Shown piece by piece: positions 1-12,934 of a stretch of DNA of 64,000 bases. The notes below the pieces were generated by a model. That model was not told the DNA's origin. It was given only the letters and a program-made list of their open reading frames with translations, and searched no databases. Positions within the stretch are counted from its first letter, which is position 1; the number at the start of each line of letters is the position of its first letter. Both the position numbers and the translations under genes were made by a program. Origin of the DNA: Guillardia theta CCMP2712 (Eukaryota; Protista; Cryptophyta); the NCBI RefSeq assembly GCF_000315625.1, contig NW_005434650.1, positions 745,439 through 809,438 on the forward strand, written 5' to 3'.

Positions 1-2878
1 CTGATCGAGCGTCTCAGATCTTCACGGGTCACTCCAACGGGGGTTATGGAGCTCTCATGCTTGCGGCTCAAAACCCCTCGAGGGCCATCGGCCTGGTACG
101 CGTCCTCCTTCCCTTCCTTTCCCATCCCCTTCTCCACTTCCTCATTGCCTTCTTTCCTTCCTCCTCCTCCTCCTCCTCCTCCTCCTCCTCTTGTTCTTCT
201 TCTTCTTCCTCCTCCTCCTCCTCCTCCTCGTCATCCTCCTCCTCCTCCTCCTCTTGTTCTTCTTCTTCTTCCTCCTCCTCCTCCTCCTCGTCATCCTCCT
301 CCTCCTCCTCCTCTTGTTCTTCTTCTTCCTCCTCCTCCTCCTCCTCCTCGTCATCCTCCTCCTCGTCATCCTCCTCCTCGTCATCCTCCTCCTCCCTCCT
401 CTCATTCGTACAACCCTGAAGGCGCCATTGGCGGGAATGCCTTCCCTCGGCTCCAGCGGGAGAGAGGGGACCTTCGCTTCCTTCCCCATCGCAGACCCGA
501 ACTTAGATCGCATCCTCTCCCTCTCGTCAGCTCAGTATCAGGTCGAGCTTCTTGCCGGTTCGCCTCCTCTCGGAGGGGACTAGAGGATGAACTCGCAGCA
601 GGGAACGTTGCTGGGATCCCCTTCTTGGCACGAGCAGGAGGGAGCGATGAGGTTATCTCCCCCCATCTCACACGCCGAGTAGCTCGAATCGTCTGTGGAT
701 ACAGAGCCAAGTACAAGAGGAGGAGGAGAGGGAGAAGAGGAAGGAGGAGGAGGAGGGAGCGAGAGAGGGGAAGAATCTGACAGAGTTGTCAGAAAGTCAA
801 AGTCGAAAGAGTCTTTTTGCAAGCTTCGTGAACTACCTGGCAAGCCTCACTGGTGGTGGGACACAAAGTCTGAGGTGAGGGGAGCAGGAGGAGAAGGGAA
901 GGAAGAGGAGAGGAGAGAATGGAAGAGAAAAGAAGGGGAGGGGCTATGAGATTATTGTGGCCGGGGTGTGGGAGAGAAGCTGGAATGAGAAGGGAGTGAT
1001 AGAGAGCATAGGAACTGATGTTCTTGCAGATGGATGGAGGAGTCCTCGACGACTCTGAGATGTGATGGGAAGAGAATGACATGCTCTGTCAAGCTCACTG
1101 ATTGCAGGAGGGACTTCTGGAGCTTATGTGTAAGAAAGGTCAGTCACCCTTGATGTGTGAAAACTTTTGACGTTTCCGAGACAGGGAAAAGACAACCAGA
1201 CAACGGAAGGACAAAGTGTACTCAAGTGCTTCTCATGACGTCTTTCTTTCCTGACAGACGGAGAGAATGACTTGCTACGACCTGTCAACCTGCCGCTCAA
1301 TCTCTGGAGTTTTCCCCCTGCAAGCTCTGACGATCGGTGATGACTTGGCACTCTGCTGAGCTCTGGATGGTGAGGAAAACTCCCAGGTCAAGCAATCTCC
1401 ATCACCGTCACTAAGACAGCAGAGACGATTGACATCACCACCAACAACCTTCGCCGGTTGAAAGGTTCTTCCCTTGCATGCTGCAGGTTCTTTCCTCAAG
1501 TCGTTTCAAGTTGATCCCATCGGCTCACGGACGAGGATCAACATTGATGGTACAGTTTTCAGCACACAAGGTGGCGAGCGAGAGGAAAGGAATGCCTCGT
1601 CTAACTCTTGCTGTAGCTGCTGCCCTCTCCTACTGCAGAGATTCCTCAGCTGATCGCTCCAACCCTTCGCGATGGTTTGCATGCTATTCAGGTAATTCAA
1701 CTTGCTTCCTTCTTACCTGTCTCGGAACTCGCAACCCCCAACACCTCCTGCCTTGTCGGCGTTCGCTCAACATGTTTAGCAGCTCAAGAGCAAGGCGATA
1801 GTTGCTCATGCTGCTCAGAGCGAGGGCAGAGGCCTCGAGAGAGCCTCGGGCCGATGAGGAACATCTTCAAGCGTCCTCTCGCTTGCATCTTCTCTGGTGG
1901 CGCGTCAGCAAGTGAGAGGGACGTGCAGGTCAACCGGAGGAGACAAAATTTGTTCTCCTCTGATGCAGGGATGCAGTTCGAGGTTTGCCAGATGCTCTCA
2001 CAGAACTGGTTTGAGTCGGGAGCTGGGATGTGAGGATCGAATCGTTTCTAGCGCGTCTCACCCTGTCTTGGGTGCTTCCACCAGCATGCAGATGATGAGC
2101 GACATCGAATTTCAACAGCTTCGGACTCATCCTTCGGCAAAGGACTTCAACCTCATCGTCCTCGGCAGCCCAGGTCAGTCCCTTCCCTCCCTCCTGTCAC
2201 GTGCAGTGAGCAGGAGTGCACCAGGTCAGAACCTGTTGAGCAGGGAACTTGAAGCGCTTGTGCCGGTGAACATCTCCAAGTCTTCCGGCTCTTTGGCCTT
2301 CCAGGTGCTGCGTCCGCGCTCAACCGTCTGCTCTCTCACCTCCCCTCAGCTGGGCTCCTGCAACTTCTCAGGAGGAGGCCATGGCTTGACGACGCTCGGA
2401 CCATGGGGTTCAGCATGCAGTCAGCCTCCTTGTCGCTGAAACAACTGGAGCAGGCGAAGGCTTGTTCGTGCTCGTGATGGGACAAGATCTCCCTTCCTTC
2501 CACAGAGCCGCCCAGTGAATTTCTCTCCTCTCCTCTTCCTCCTCCTCTCCTCCTCTCCGCTTCTCCGCTCAGTCAAGCTTCTTGCAGTGTTCTCACCGAT
2601 AGCCTCTTCGAGACCAACCACTGGAACGCCCACAGGTCACCCGACCCTCTCTGACGGTTCAGTGCAGGCAGCACCGTCATGGCGATTATGCCATCGTGGG
2701 GCCACGATTCGGGAGGTGAGAGAGGAGGGGAGGAGGAGAGGCTCTGAACTTGTTTGCAGCCATGGCGTGCAAGGGATCGTTGCGGCGGGGTTCTACGGGA
2801 ATCAGTATCGGCAAGTGAGCAAGTGCTGTTGGTTGATATGGATGCAGGTGGGAGTTTCTGCCTGAGGCCTCGTACTTG
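1..2878 (+). CDS. Multi-exon hypothetical protein, probably 5'-incomplete; C-terminus weakly reminiscent of glycosyltransferase family 61
   Basis: A series of short + strand GT..AG introns (e.g. 874-1029, 2174-2207, 2304-2349, 2716-2759) separates codon-like exons (KDFNLIVLGSP, VLTDSLFETNHWN, GSTVMAIMPSW). The family call is weak. Confidence 0.4.
157..400. repeat. (CCT)n/(CTT)n compound microsatellite
   Basis: Directly visible, with recurring CCT/CTT/CGTCAT sub-units. Confidence 0.95.
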
Positions 2879-2997
2879 AGTTGTTGAGACGTGTGATGGA
2901 AGCCGAAGCTCGATATGTTGTAATATGCAAACCAAAACTCTTCCACTGCCTGACCCTCCGAGACCTCCACACGTGGAAACGACCACTACAAATCTTC

Positions 2998-4152
2998 TTA
3001 GGCGTCGATGCCCGGGCGTCCTGGACTTCCAGAGTCTCCCTGGAGCAGACGAGTCAGTCAACCGGCAAGCAGTCGCCTGTCTCAGTACCTGAGCTCCCTG
3101 CCGGCCGGGCTTTCCCTGGTCTCCCTGCCAGGTGGTCACTGACATGTAACCCCCCTCCCCCCCTCTTGCTCCTACCGGTGGTCCTGCGACTCCCGCGTCT
3201 CCCTGCGGACCAGGCTTGCCCTGCAGCCCTTGGGGCCCTTGTGGGCCTTTGGGTCCTGTAGCGCCTGCAAAGCCTGGGGGACCGTTGGCTCCGTTGGCTC
3301 CGTTCGTTCCGGGGGCACCAGGGGCACCAGGGGGTCCGCGACCACTGAGACAAACATGAGGAGCAGAAGGGGAGTAAGACAGCTGCTTACCCCGGCAGCC
3401 CCTTGTCTCCTGCAGGTCCCTGAGGTCCAGGGGGTCCTGGGGGTCCCTCCTGCGGAGAAAGTCAAGAAACCGGGAGAAAGGTTGACTCAGCGTCGAAGCA
3501 TCTCTGTACCAATCCTGCGATTCCAACTTCTCCTTCAGGTCCCTTCGCTCCCTTCCTTCCTCGCGGTCCTTGAGGCCCGATGTCTCCCGGCAATCCTCTT
3601 GGTCCAGGTTCGCCTGCACATTGACAGTAAAACCATTGAAGTTTGCATTCTTGAAATGGATTCTTCACCTGGAAGGCCAACGGGACCCGTGGGTCCTTGG
3701 AAGCCGATTTCTCCCTGAGGACCAGGAGGACCTTGGTCTCCTCTAGGGCTCAAGGAGATCTTGATCTTTCTATGCTCATGAGTAGCAAGGTCAGCCTCCT
3801 CGTTCTCCAGGTCACGTTGAAGCGTCTTGACTTTCTTGGACATGTTCTCAACTACGCATACGAGCGTCAGCATGTCTTTCACAGCGACTCTTGCATTGTC
3901 TGACCTATTGTCTCAAGATTCTCTCCGCTCAGAAGCGAGACGCGTCTCCGTCTTCCCAGCCCCGCAGCGATCTGGTACAATCATGTCAAGTGAAAGAGGA
4001 CAACGGACCTTTTCCTGTACCTCAGAATCTCCGGATGCAAGCAGAGTAAGACAGAGCACGCAAGCAAGAGCGAGGAAGATGGCAGCAGCTGCCATCAAGG
4101 CGGCTCTCCTTCCCTCCTCCTTCCGCCGCTCACTGATCACCAGCGGCGCCAT
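2998..4152 (-). CDS. Type II membrane collagen-like protein (N-terminal TM, coiled coil, Gly-X-Y repeats), multi-exon
   Basis: MAPLVIS...AAAAIFLALACVLCLTLLASG hydrophobic segment, then coiled coil KVKTLQRDLENEEADL. G-X-Y exons follow (GDQGPPGPQGEIGFQGPTGPVG; GPPGAPGAPGTNGANG). Ends GDSGSPGRPGIDA* at 2998. Confidence 0.8.
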
Positions 4153-4501
4153 GGGACGTCTCTTCACGTTTGATATCCGTTGCAATGTAACGAATATCCT
4201 ACAACCATTTCCTAGGAGTTTGCTACCACCTGATTGATAGGAAAAGCCTAGGTTGTTGGTCTAGGTGTTGCTAGGACACTTGCTAGGGACATAAGTTTGT
4301 TACAATAAAAGAGTCATGGCGGCGGCATTGGAATGGTGGAAGAATGGCGACGGGAAGTAGAACGACGACGATGAGGAGGAGAAGGAGGGAGAGAAAATGG
4401 AGTCAAGGGTAGAGGAGAGGAGCCACTGATGAGAAGGATGTGTTTGAGCGGATGAAGAACTTCGATAGCAATCGAATCATCGACCAAAATTTGAAAATTC
4501 A

Positions 4502-6775
4502 ATGAAGGTTTCCTGCACGCCCATCCCGGTGCTTGAAAGGAGCGCCGCCCACAAGCCATGCGCACGATCCTCTCATGCAGCCTGCGCAGTGGATGACCGT
4601 TGGGTGATTGTACATGGAGGATGGACCGGCTTGAAACCGCTGAGCTGCTGCTGGGCTTTGAACATGGAGACTTTCTCTTGGAACCAGATTAAAGCTGCCG
4701 GTGAGCAGCCCTCTGCACGACAAGGACACTCGATCAGCTTCTTTCCCAAGACAAGGAAGCTACTCCTCTTTGGAGGGCTGGATGCGAGTGGAGCAGTTGT
4801 CAAGGACAAGGCATACTTCCTTACTGTCCCTAACGACATCACCGATCGATGGCACTGGCAGGTGGGTGAAGTTGAAACCTCTCACGAGTTCGTGCTGAAT
4901 TGTTCTCCTTCAGCCTGTTCGCTTTGCTGGTCTATCCCGCACAATAGGAGGGATCATGGTTGATAGAGCCTTTCACTCCACTTCAGACATCGGCAATGAG
5001 AAGGTGGTGGTCTTCGGGGGGATCTGCGACGAGATCACTAGCAAGCATCATTCCTCGATGCTGTTTCAGTGCGACACAACATCCTTCAGCTGCCATGAGC
5101 CGAAGGTCTACGGAGAGGTAACTAACTTCGCCTCTCAATCTTCCTTCATGGGTTTGTTCTTCACACAGCTGTTCTAGGGTCCCTGCTCCAGATATGCCCA
5201 CTCGAGCTGTAGCCTAGAAAGTGGAGCCAACGGGAGAGAAGTGATTATCATCGGCGGGATGAAGTCTGATACTCGGTCTGATCTCCTCTCATCATATTTC
5301 TCGACTTATCTTTGATCCCCAGGGAGATTTTATCCGATGGCTATGTCTTGGAAGTTCACCCGACAGCAGTGCGATGGAGCAAGATTTCCTTTCATGGTGA
5401 CCTTCTTGCCAATTTCTCGGTTGCCTTCCATAGCATAAGTCCAGTGACGGCTGGTCTAATGGTAGTGCCTTGCATGGAGAATCTGATGAGTGACTTGCTG
5501 GAAGGCTCAAGGCAACATCTTGTTGTTTGGCGGAAAATCAGAAAAGAACAAGAAATGTTCTTCGTTGTTGAGTCTCTTCCCATCTACTCACAATTACTCT
5601 GCTGTGTCGAGCCCGACTCTTCTTGCGAGAGTTCGAACAGCAAAGGATGTCAACGGCAACAAGTTCAGCACCAGACAGGTGAGAAATTGTAGACATTCTG
5701 ATTCCGCCGGTAACTGCTGATATCGTTCAGGACTTCCTCAGGCAGCGGCAGGACAGAGAAAAGATGGCGAAAGGTTAGAAGGATTCTCTTTCTTGCGGCT
5801 TTCTTGCCTTGTTCGCTGCTGAATTTGTTGTCCACTTTCTTTTCAGCTATCTCTAGTCTGCCCTCCTATTCAGAAAGGAACTGGATTTCGAAATCTCCAG
5901 CTCAGTGGCAAGATTTCTCCCCTGTTTACTTGAATACCAGCAGTCTGACTCTTTTAAAGGAACTTGGGAGAAGTTACAAGTGAAGGATACTTACCGAGAA
6001 ATCGCGCGGGACACTCGGCTGTCATGCTCGCACGGAGATATCTTGTCGTGTGCTTCGGGGTGGATGCCAAGAATCGAGCCAGCAGCGACGCCTTCCTGAT
6101 CGACTGCAAAGCTGACGAGAAGATCGAATCGAAAGTTCGGGAGGCACAAGTCTACCTTCCTCCTCCTCTCGGCGTCCCCGCGGTAAGACCCGAGGTTGAA
6201 GCTTCAGACGTCAAGGTCGCAGAGCCTTCGAGTCCGCCCGAGGCTGCGGGGTTGGAGGAGGCAGACTCAAGTAAGACATGAAGTGCGTCAGACTGATGGC
6301 TGACTCGTGCCCGCACAGCTCGAGACCGCCCGATGCTCGTCGAAGACATCTCAGACTCCGTGGTGCTGAAAACGTCAGGGACCTCCCAGGCTGAACATTT
6401 CAAGAGCGTCCTGAGGACTATCTGTTCAGAGATGCAGAAGGGAGGGAACTTCTTCGACCTCGTCAACATGATGGGGGAAGCTGGAATACTGACGGCCTCG
6501 CAAGGAAGAAAACTTCTCTTCCTTGCCAATCAGTGCGATGCCAGGGTGCTTCAAGCCTTCACTGCACTGGAGAACACGTCAGGAGAGGAGCGGACGGTCG
6601 ACATGATCAAGGCAGGCTGACCCTCCCTCAGCTCCCTCTCCTTCCTCTTCACCCTCCCACATCCTGCTGATCTCACTGACCTCCCGTGCAGGAGCAAATC
6701 ACGGAGATCTGTTGTATTGCTAAGGAGCTCAACGACAGATCGAATCGTCTGCTCAACGATGAGGAGAATTTTTGA
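4502..6775 (+). CDS. Kelch-repeat protein (KLHDC/Rab9-effector-like), multi-exon
   Basis: Repeated kelch motifs: ARSSHAAC..VHGGW, ARQGHSI..LFGG, RAFHST..VFGG, RAGHSAV. Last exon EQITEICC...EENF*. Confidence 0.8.
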
Positions 6776-6779
6776 CGTC

Positions 6780-6845
6780 TGAACATTTAAGTGAACCAAA
6801 ATGAACATTTAAGTGAACCAAAATGAACATTTAAGTGAACCAAAA
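6780..6845. repeat. 22-bp tandem repeat x3 (TGAACATTTAAGTGAACCAAAA) between convergent genes
   Basis: Three exact copies with no spacers. Confidence 0.95.
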
Positions 6846-6883
6846 GTTCAATGGAACGACATTATTCCTGCCTCCTCTCTTCT

Positions 6884-8099
6884 CTACAAGATCTGTTCGT
6901 TCTTTCGGGTTGCGTTTCGACTCCTGTTGACCTTGGGAAAGATCTCTGAGAGCTGGGGGTACCTGTAAGGACGGTCAACTACTTGAGAGAGAAGGAAAGA
7001 GCATGCAAGACAGAAGCTCTCACATCTCAACGTACGAAGTCCACAAGTACTCCGTGAGCTCCGGACTGTGACATTTCACCCTGCCTGCTCTGTCCAGCAC
7101 AAAGATTTTCTCCTTGCAGATCCCTGCGTTCTCATACGCCACCGCATCCTCTACCTTCTCACAGAATCCCCCGACAAACGTGCTAGTCGCCTCCTCTCCC
7201 TCCGAAGAGCCCTGGAAGACTTGTGCAAGCTCAGCGAGCGACATGGTCTTGAACGAGCTCTGATGATTCCCTCCAGCGTCCTTCCCCAAGGACATGAAAG
7301 GGGCAAACGTCCTGTCCGAGAGCTTCTGAAGGAGCACCGTTCCCATCCTCTCCTGGGTCGTTATGATGGGAGACGCTGGCAAGTGAGCCCCCCTCCCCCA
7401 CTGCTCCACCTCCGCCTCCCTGATCCAGTTGATGGTCTCTCGGACCCGATCAGCGCGGGTGATGGGAGCCGCTGTGAGGAAGAGGACGCGGTATCCCGCG
7501 CGGTCGAGGTAGGAGAGGAGTGGACCCACACCGTCTCGCACCGTCTCAAGGCCTCCTGCTCCTCTCGTATGCTTGTTGGTCGTTAGCAAGACCAAGTCAG
7601 CGCTCTTGGTCCATATGTCCCCCTTGATCACCGTTCCCTCCACATCCGCTATGACGATCTTGTCCTCACGGTCCCAGAGGAAGATCCCGAGGGGGACGCT
7701 GGCGACCTCTTTCCAGTCTCCCGTGCCCTTATCCCTCTGGAGCACCACCAGCTCCGATAGGTTGCATCCCTGCTTCAGTGGTAGTGCTTGCAGCTGGTCA
7801 GCTGGCGGGTGGAAAACTTCTGCATGATCTTCGAAGTAGCACTTGCAGTCGTCTCCAACCTTCATGATCACATCTGTGAAGATGTTTCCAACCTTGAGCT
7901 GAACTTTCGTTTCGATGCCACTTCCCACTAGCCCGTTAGCTACTTTGCAGTGCCATGACGTAGAGACGAGCTTGTCTTGATGCCGTACAATAATCACATC
8001 ACAGGCTCCGCTGTGAAAACGAAACGCATTCACTCCCAACTGCATCACCTTCTCTGCTCCTGACGATAGATTTCGCGTCCATGCCACCAGACCGTCCAT
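6884..8099 (-). CDS. Compact lipin/LNS2 (PAH1-like) protein with degenerate HAD motifs
   Basis: N-LIP-like SGACDVIIVR and C-LIP-like IFLWDREDKIVIADVEGTVIKGD, GYRVLFLTA, FK, DAVAYENAGICKEKIFVLD. Second exon YPQLSEIFP...IL*. Confidence 0.8.
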
Positions 8100-8182
8100 G
8101 ACTCTTATCCTCTTCGCCAACACCCTTGATTCTCTGGCGGGTCCCTCGTGTCTCGATGTTGAAACGGCTGCTTCACACCTAG

Positions 8183-8416
8183 TCCCTCCCTCTCCTCCTC
8201 TCCTCCTCTCCTCCTCTCTCCTCTCCTCCTCTCTCCTCTCCTCCTCTCTCCTCTCCTCCTCTCTCCTATACTTCTCTCTCCTCTCCTCTCCTTCTCTTCT
8301 CTTCTCTTCTCTTCTCTTCTCTTCTCTTCTCTTCTCTTCTCTTCTCTTCTCTTCTCTTCTCTTCTCTTCTCTTCTCTTCTCTTCTCTTCTCTTCTCTTCT
8401 CTTCTCTTCTCTTCTC
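8183..8416. repeat. (CTCCT)n/(CTTCT)n pentanucleotide microsatellite
   Basis: Directly visible. Confidence 0.95.
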
Positions 8417-8680
8417 CCCTTGCTTGCCTTCACATTCAATTTCGCTACAGTCGCTTGACCGATAAGTCGCGAAAGCCGGCAGACACATCTCAGTGAGTCT
8501 TCCCCGGCAGCTTTCCCCGGGCCGGGCGGCCGGGCGGCCGGGCGGCCGGGCCCGGGCAATCACGGGCCAAGAGTACTTGCACCGTCAGGCTGCCGCATCG
8601 AAGCGAAGTCAATTGCAGTGACTTTCTGAGATTGCAAGGAGAATTTCTTTATTGAAAGACTGATATCATCTCACGACAGT

Positions 8681-11600
8681 TCAAGGGTTCAAGTTCATTC
8701 TTGTTCCAACGTTGCGACGAGATTTCATACCCTCCTTGTACACCGTCAGCTCCTCGGTCTCAAGGATATCCTTGAGGTCCACGCTGGAAGACAAAGTTAG
8801 AGGAGGGGAGAGCGGAGATAAGGATGGATGGATGAAGAGGAGGAGGCAAAGCAGGGAAGGAGAGGTGTGAGGAGGGGATGATAAAGCAGAGAAAGAAGGA
8901 GAGCTGACTTGTGAACGAAGTCTGCCCGCATGTCGACCAGTCGAACCTGCGCGAGTTTGATAGGAAAGGATTGATCCTTCTTCACCGCCTATCATCCCAT
9001 GAGCTCAGTCGCAGAAGGGTCGAGAGAGTCGATCAGGAGCTTCACCTTTTTGAGCTTCACACTGCACAGGATCGCGAGGTCTTCTATCAGCCCGACGGCA
9101 ATCTTGGGTGCCGCAGGCTTCTGTTGTCGCTGGCTTAGGCAGATGGCTTCTCCTGTCCACTCTGCCTCCTGCTTGAGCCACAACAAGGTGTAAAACTGCC
9201 TCGAGAATCGCTCGGCCTTCTTCATGTTCATCGACCGATTCTCCGTCTCACTCACTCGCTGATGCAGCTGGGCAAGGAGATCAGGCTCTTCTCCTCCTCC
9301 CTCGTCTCGCCTACCTGTTCGATGGTGAAGAGCTTCTGCCCTGCAAGGTAGGCATGCAGCTGCTGGTGAAGCACAAGGTCCCCGTAACGTCTCAATGGCG
9401 ATGTGATCTGACAGTAGAGGGGCATGCCGAGGCTGAAGTGATAGCCTGGCTCGCCGAGCTGGGAGTCGCGAGTAAGCACGACAAGAGGGAGTATGGGGGG
9501 GGGGGAGACCTTAGTCCTGAGAAGGCGTTTGCGAAGCTCGAACATATCCGAGAGCGTGGTCGGAGGCTTGAAAGCCTTGGGCTTTGTCAGCGTCATCTTC
9601 TTGTTCGGAGTGTTTGGTTCCGTTGGAGGCAGCTGGACAGCATCGTTTAAACACAGGAGAGGAGGAGGAGCAGGGAAACCTGCGATGAGAACAGGAACGG
9701 GATTTGATTATCAATAGCAAACTTTCCCACCGCCTCTCCAGCCATGAGCATGAACTCCATGACCTGAGACACAAGTCAGCACCTCCCGATCGTCGCCGTG
9801 CTACTGACCATGTCCTTACTCTCATAGTATTCTACCGGCTCGACAGAGATCTTGCCGTCTGAGACCTTCACGTCTGCCTCAGGGAACTGGAAGGTGATGG
9901 CGCCTGACATGTCCCGTCACCTTCAGTCGTTGAACCTCAGAGCCTCACCGTTCTTGCGCCTCCTGTCGGCAAAGATCTGCGCAATGACGTCGAGCTTCCC
10001 CAAGTCAGTGCTTTCGTCTTGAATGTAATCGCACGCATCATCATAGGACACTCTCGTTACTGAAACCTGAACCCAGGGGTCACCCCAACAACGCGGTCGC
10101 CTGCTCTCACCAAACTCTTGCAGATCTCCACATCCTCCACCTGCCCATCCTCGTCCACACGGAAGCCAACAGAGAAGGCGCAAGAAGTCTTCTCGTTGCC
10201 CAACGCTATGGTCTGAATCGCCGTCTCAGGGAGCATGTTCACAGTTTCTGACATGGCAGGTTCAGGCATAGCAAGGATCAAGATCAGTCTAACCTTGAGG
10301 GAGGTAGCAGCTTGACCCACGAGCCCTTGCGAATCGATCCAATTCGCTATCTTCATAGGACATTCAGAACAACACGGAACAAGAAACCGATATACAAGGA
10401 GGTCTACCTGCGCTCACAATACTTGCGACATCTGCAATGTGAACCCAAACTTTTCCATCCGCATCCAGCCTGCTCGCATATCACCACAGCATCTGCAGTA
10501 GGAGCGATCGCGCACGAGAGAGCATCGTCGGGATCTTTGATGCCTTCGCTATCGATCGCATAAGCTTTCAGATGCGTCAGATCTCTCCGCTCGACATCTT
10601 CAAACTTGGGGTGGCTGGTGACTTGCGGAGTGTTCAGATTCACCTGGCACCCTCGTGAGAGCTTGTTCTGGTACACGAGGAGGAGGGGGAGGAGGAGGAG
10701 GAGGAGGNNNNNNNNNNNNNNNNNNNNNNNNNNNNNNNNNNNNNNNNNNNNNNNNNNNNNNNNNNNNNNNNNNNNNNNNNNNNNNNNNNNNNNNNNNNNN
10801 NNNNNNNGAGGAGGAGGAGGAGGAGGAGGAGGAGGAGGAGGAGGAGGCACCCCGAAGCGCTGGGGCCAGGGGTTGAAGTCTTCGGTCCAAATGCCCAGGT
10901 CTAGAAGAAGCTGATGCGCCACTTCACAAGTCTGAGAGACTTCAAGGCCCTGTAGGAGGGTGACGAGGAGCGACGAGAGCGAGAGGGCAGCTGACCTTGA
11001 GGATCTTGCTGGAGTTGGTGGACATGAGCGCCAGGTCTTCGACATCCTTCAGTCTTTCAACGTCCCCCTTCTTCAGCTTTCTTGTCTGATGAAAGAATCA
11101 AAGGACCAAGGATGAGACAAGAATAGGAGAGACTTCGATTCTCTTGAGGAAAGCTTCCCACTCTTTCTTCGCTGCTTTCTCCATCTTCATCTTCTCTAGC
11201 TTCCCATCAACATGTTCTTTAGTATGAGCGCTGATATCCGATGGTTCGCCATGAAAGTACAAGTCCTCGCACACGATCTTCCATGTTGCCCATGATGTCA
11301 CGTGGTCTACTTTCTGCGAAAGGAGTTCACGAGAGATCGGAGGGTTATGAAATCGACTCACATCGAAGAGCAGCTGAGCGAGCTCTGAGATGCTCTTCGA
11401 TCCCGTCTCGAGAACGAGTTCATGCACGTCCTCCACTGAGTTCACAGGCTGGGGAGAAGCGCTGTTAAGCTCTTCGACCTCCCAGGACCTTACGGGCCCT
11501 TCATAGATCATTGCGACATCCTTCAGCTTCGCTTTCCTGGCCTTTGATCCGAGGAAGGTCAGAGTGACTTTTGCTAGTTCCTCGTTGACATCGTCGACGA

Positions 11601-12003
11601 TCGCAGGCTCGTTCTTGTACACGACAAGTGAGTCTTTGACGGCCTGTGCTGGAGGAGAGGCATCTGCTTTCAATCTCCTGCAAACACCTCCAACAGTCAG
11701 AAAGAAACCAACCAAACGACTCCCTCCTGCTCAAAGTTCTCACAGGTTGCGAAAGATGGCAGAAAAGTGGCTGGTGGCTCTTCTTGCCCTCGATGGTGCG
11801 GCAAAAGGAAGATCTGCCCTCCGGTGGGTAACGCTGATCCTCGTGTTCAACCTTGGAGCGAGCAGGGGACTTGATGGCATCATGAAGGCGGGAGAGCCTC
11901 GTCTGCCCATCAACAAGTCTCCTCCTCCTCCTCCTCCCCCTCCCCCTGCAGCAGCAGCTGCCGCCACCATCATCCACACCAATGTCGCAGCCATCCCCAC
12001 CAT
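8681..12003 (-). CDS. Ribonuclease II/RNB-domain exoribonuclease, probably plastid-targeted, multi-exon (assembly gap inside an intron)
   Basis: RNB motifs RRDLTHLKAYAIDSEGIKDPDDALS, HFSLGMPLYCQITSPLRRYGDLVLHQQL and VSVTRVSYDDA. The N-terminus is hydrophobic and is followed by SPAFMMPSS and an R/S/A-rich transit-like stretch. Confidence 0.85.
10708..10807. other. Assembly gap (100 N) within a (GAG)n tract
   Basis: N run. Confidence 1.
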
Positions 12004-12934
12004 TCCTCCCAGTTCGCCACCACCCCTACCCACCGGATCAACAAAGTATGACCCTACCTTCGTTCTGTACCCCTGAAATCATACCCTGCATTGAGAAGTA
12101 CCCACCACCCTTTCCCACCAACAAAGAAGGTACCCCCACCCCCAATTTTCCCTTCCTCCGTTTAATCAGGACCCACCCAACAAACTTCCCTGCAGTGATT
12201 ACCCTATGGTCTTGAACCCCACCCCCCAAAAAACTTCAACTACCCTACCTCCAGTGTCAAGCATAAGTACCTCCACCCCACCCCATGACCTCTACCCCTA
12301 TCAATTTCCCTGAGTGAATGGGGGCCGACCATAGAGGTTATACCCCCTCCCCCCACGATATCTACAAAGGTATTTGGGTACTGACTAAGTACCCCACTTT
12401 GATCATCTAAATTGAGGGATTTGGTGGGGAGGGTGGTGGGTGAATTGGAAATAGTGGGGTAGTTGCAGGGAATCGAAGGGGTCCGTACCAAGAGGGGAAA
12501 TGGGTAGGGTAGAAATCTTGGTAGTAATGGTGGGTAAATCACAGGAAACGAGAGGGTGGGGGTAGTTCACAAACACGATTCAGTGCCAGTGGGGTAGTGG
12601 GGTTTTGAATTCGCGTGTAACGCCATGGCGACAAGAACGAAACGAGCAGGTGAGGAGGAGGAGAGAGAGGAGAGGATAAGAGCAAGAAGAGTGAGAGGGA
12701 GAGTGAGAGGATAAGGGGAAGAAGAGTGAGAGGGAGAGGGAGAAGGGGGGGAGGAGAGGGAGAAGGGAGAGGGAGAGTATGAGGAGAGAGGAACGAGAGG
12801 AAGTATGTGTAAGAGAGAGAGAGGAGGACGAGAGAAGACAATGAAGTAGTGATCAGGAGACAGACCAGAAGACAGTGAAGCCGAATCCAGACACACAGAG
12901 AGAAAAGAGGGAGAGACAAGATTCTGTATTGAAG

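Noticed and set aside
46-780. Poly-Pro/Ser/Leu/Arg ORFs here and at 8098-8563, 15887-16175, 29987-30352 and 46579-46922
   Set aside because: They are translations of microsatellites that are open in several frames, and some span N gaps.
4266-4290. RFX X-box (GTTGCTAGGACAC; also near 42796)
   Set aside because: The matches are imperfect and RFX factors are not established in this kind of lineage. Reported only as a CTAGG cluster.
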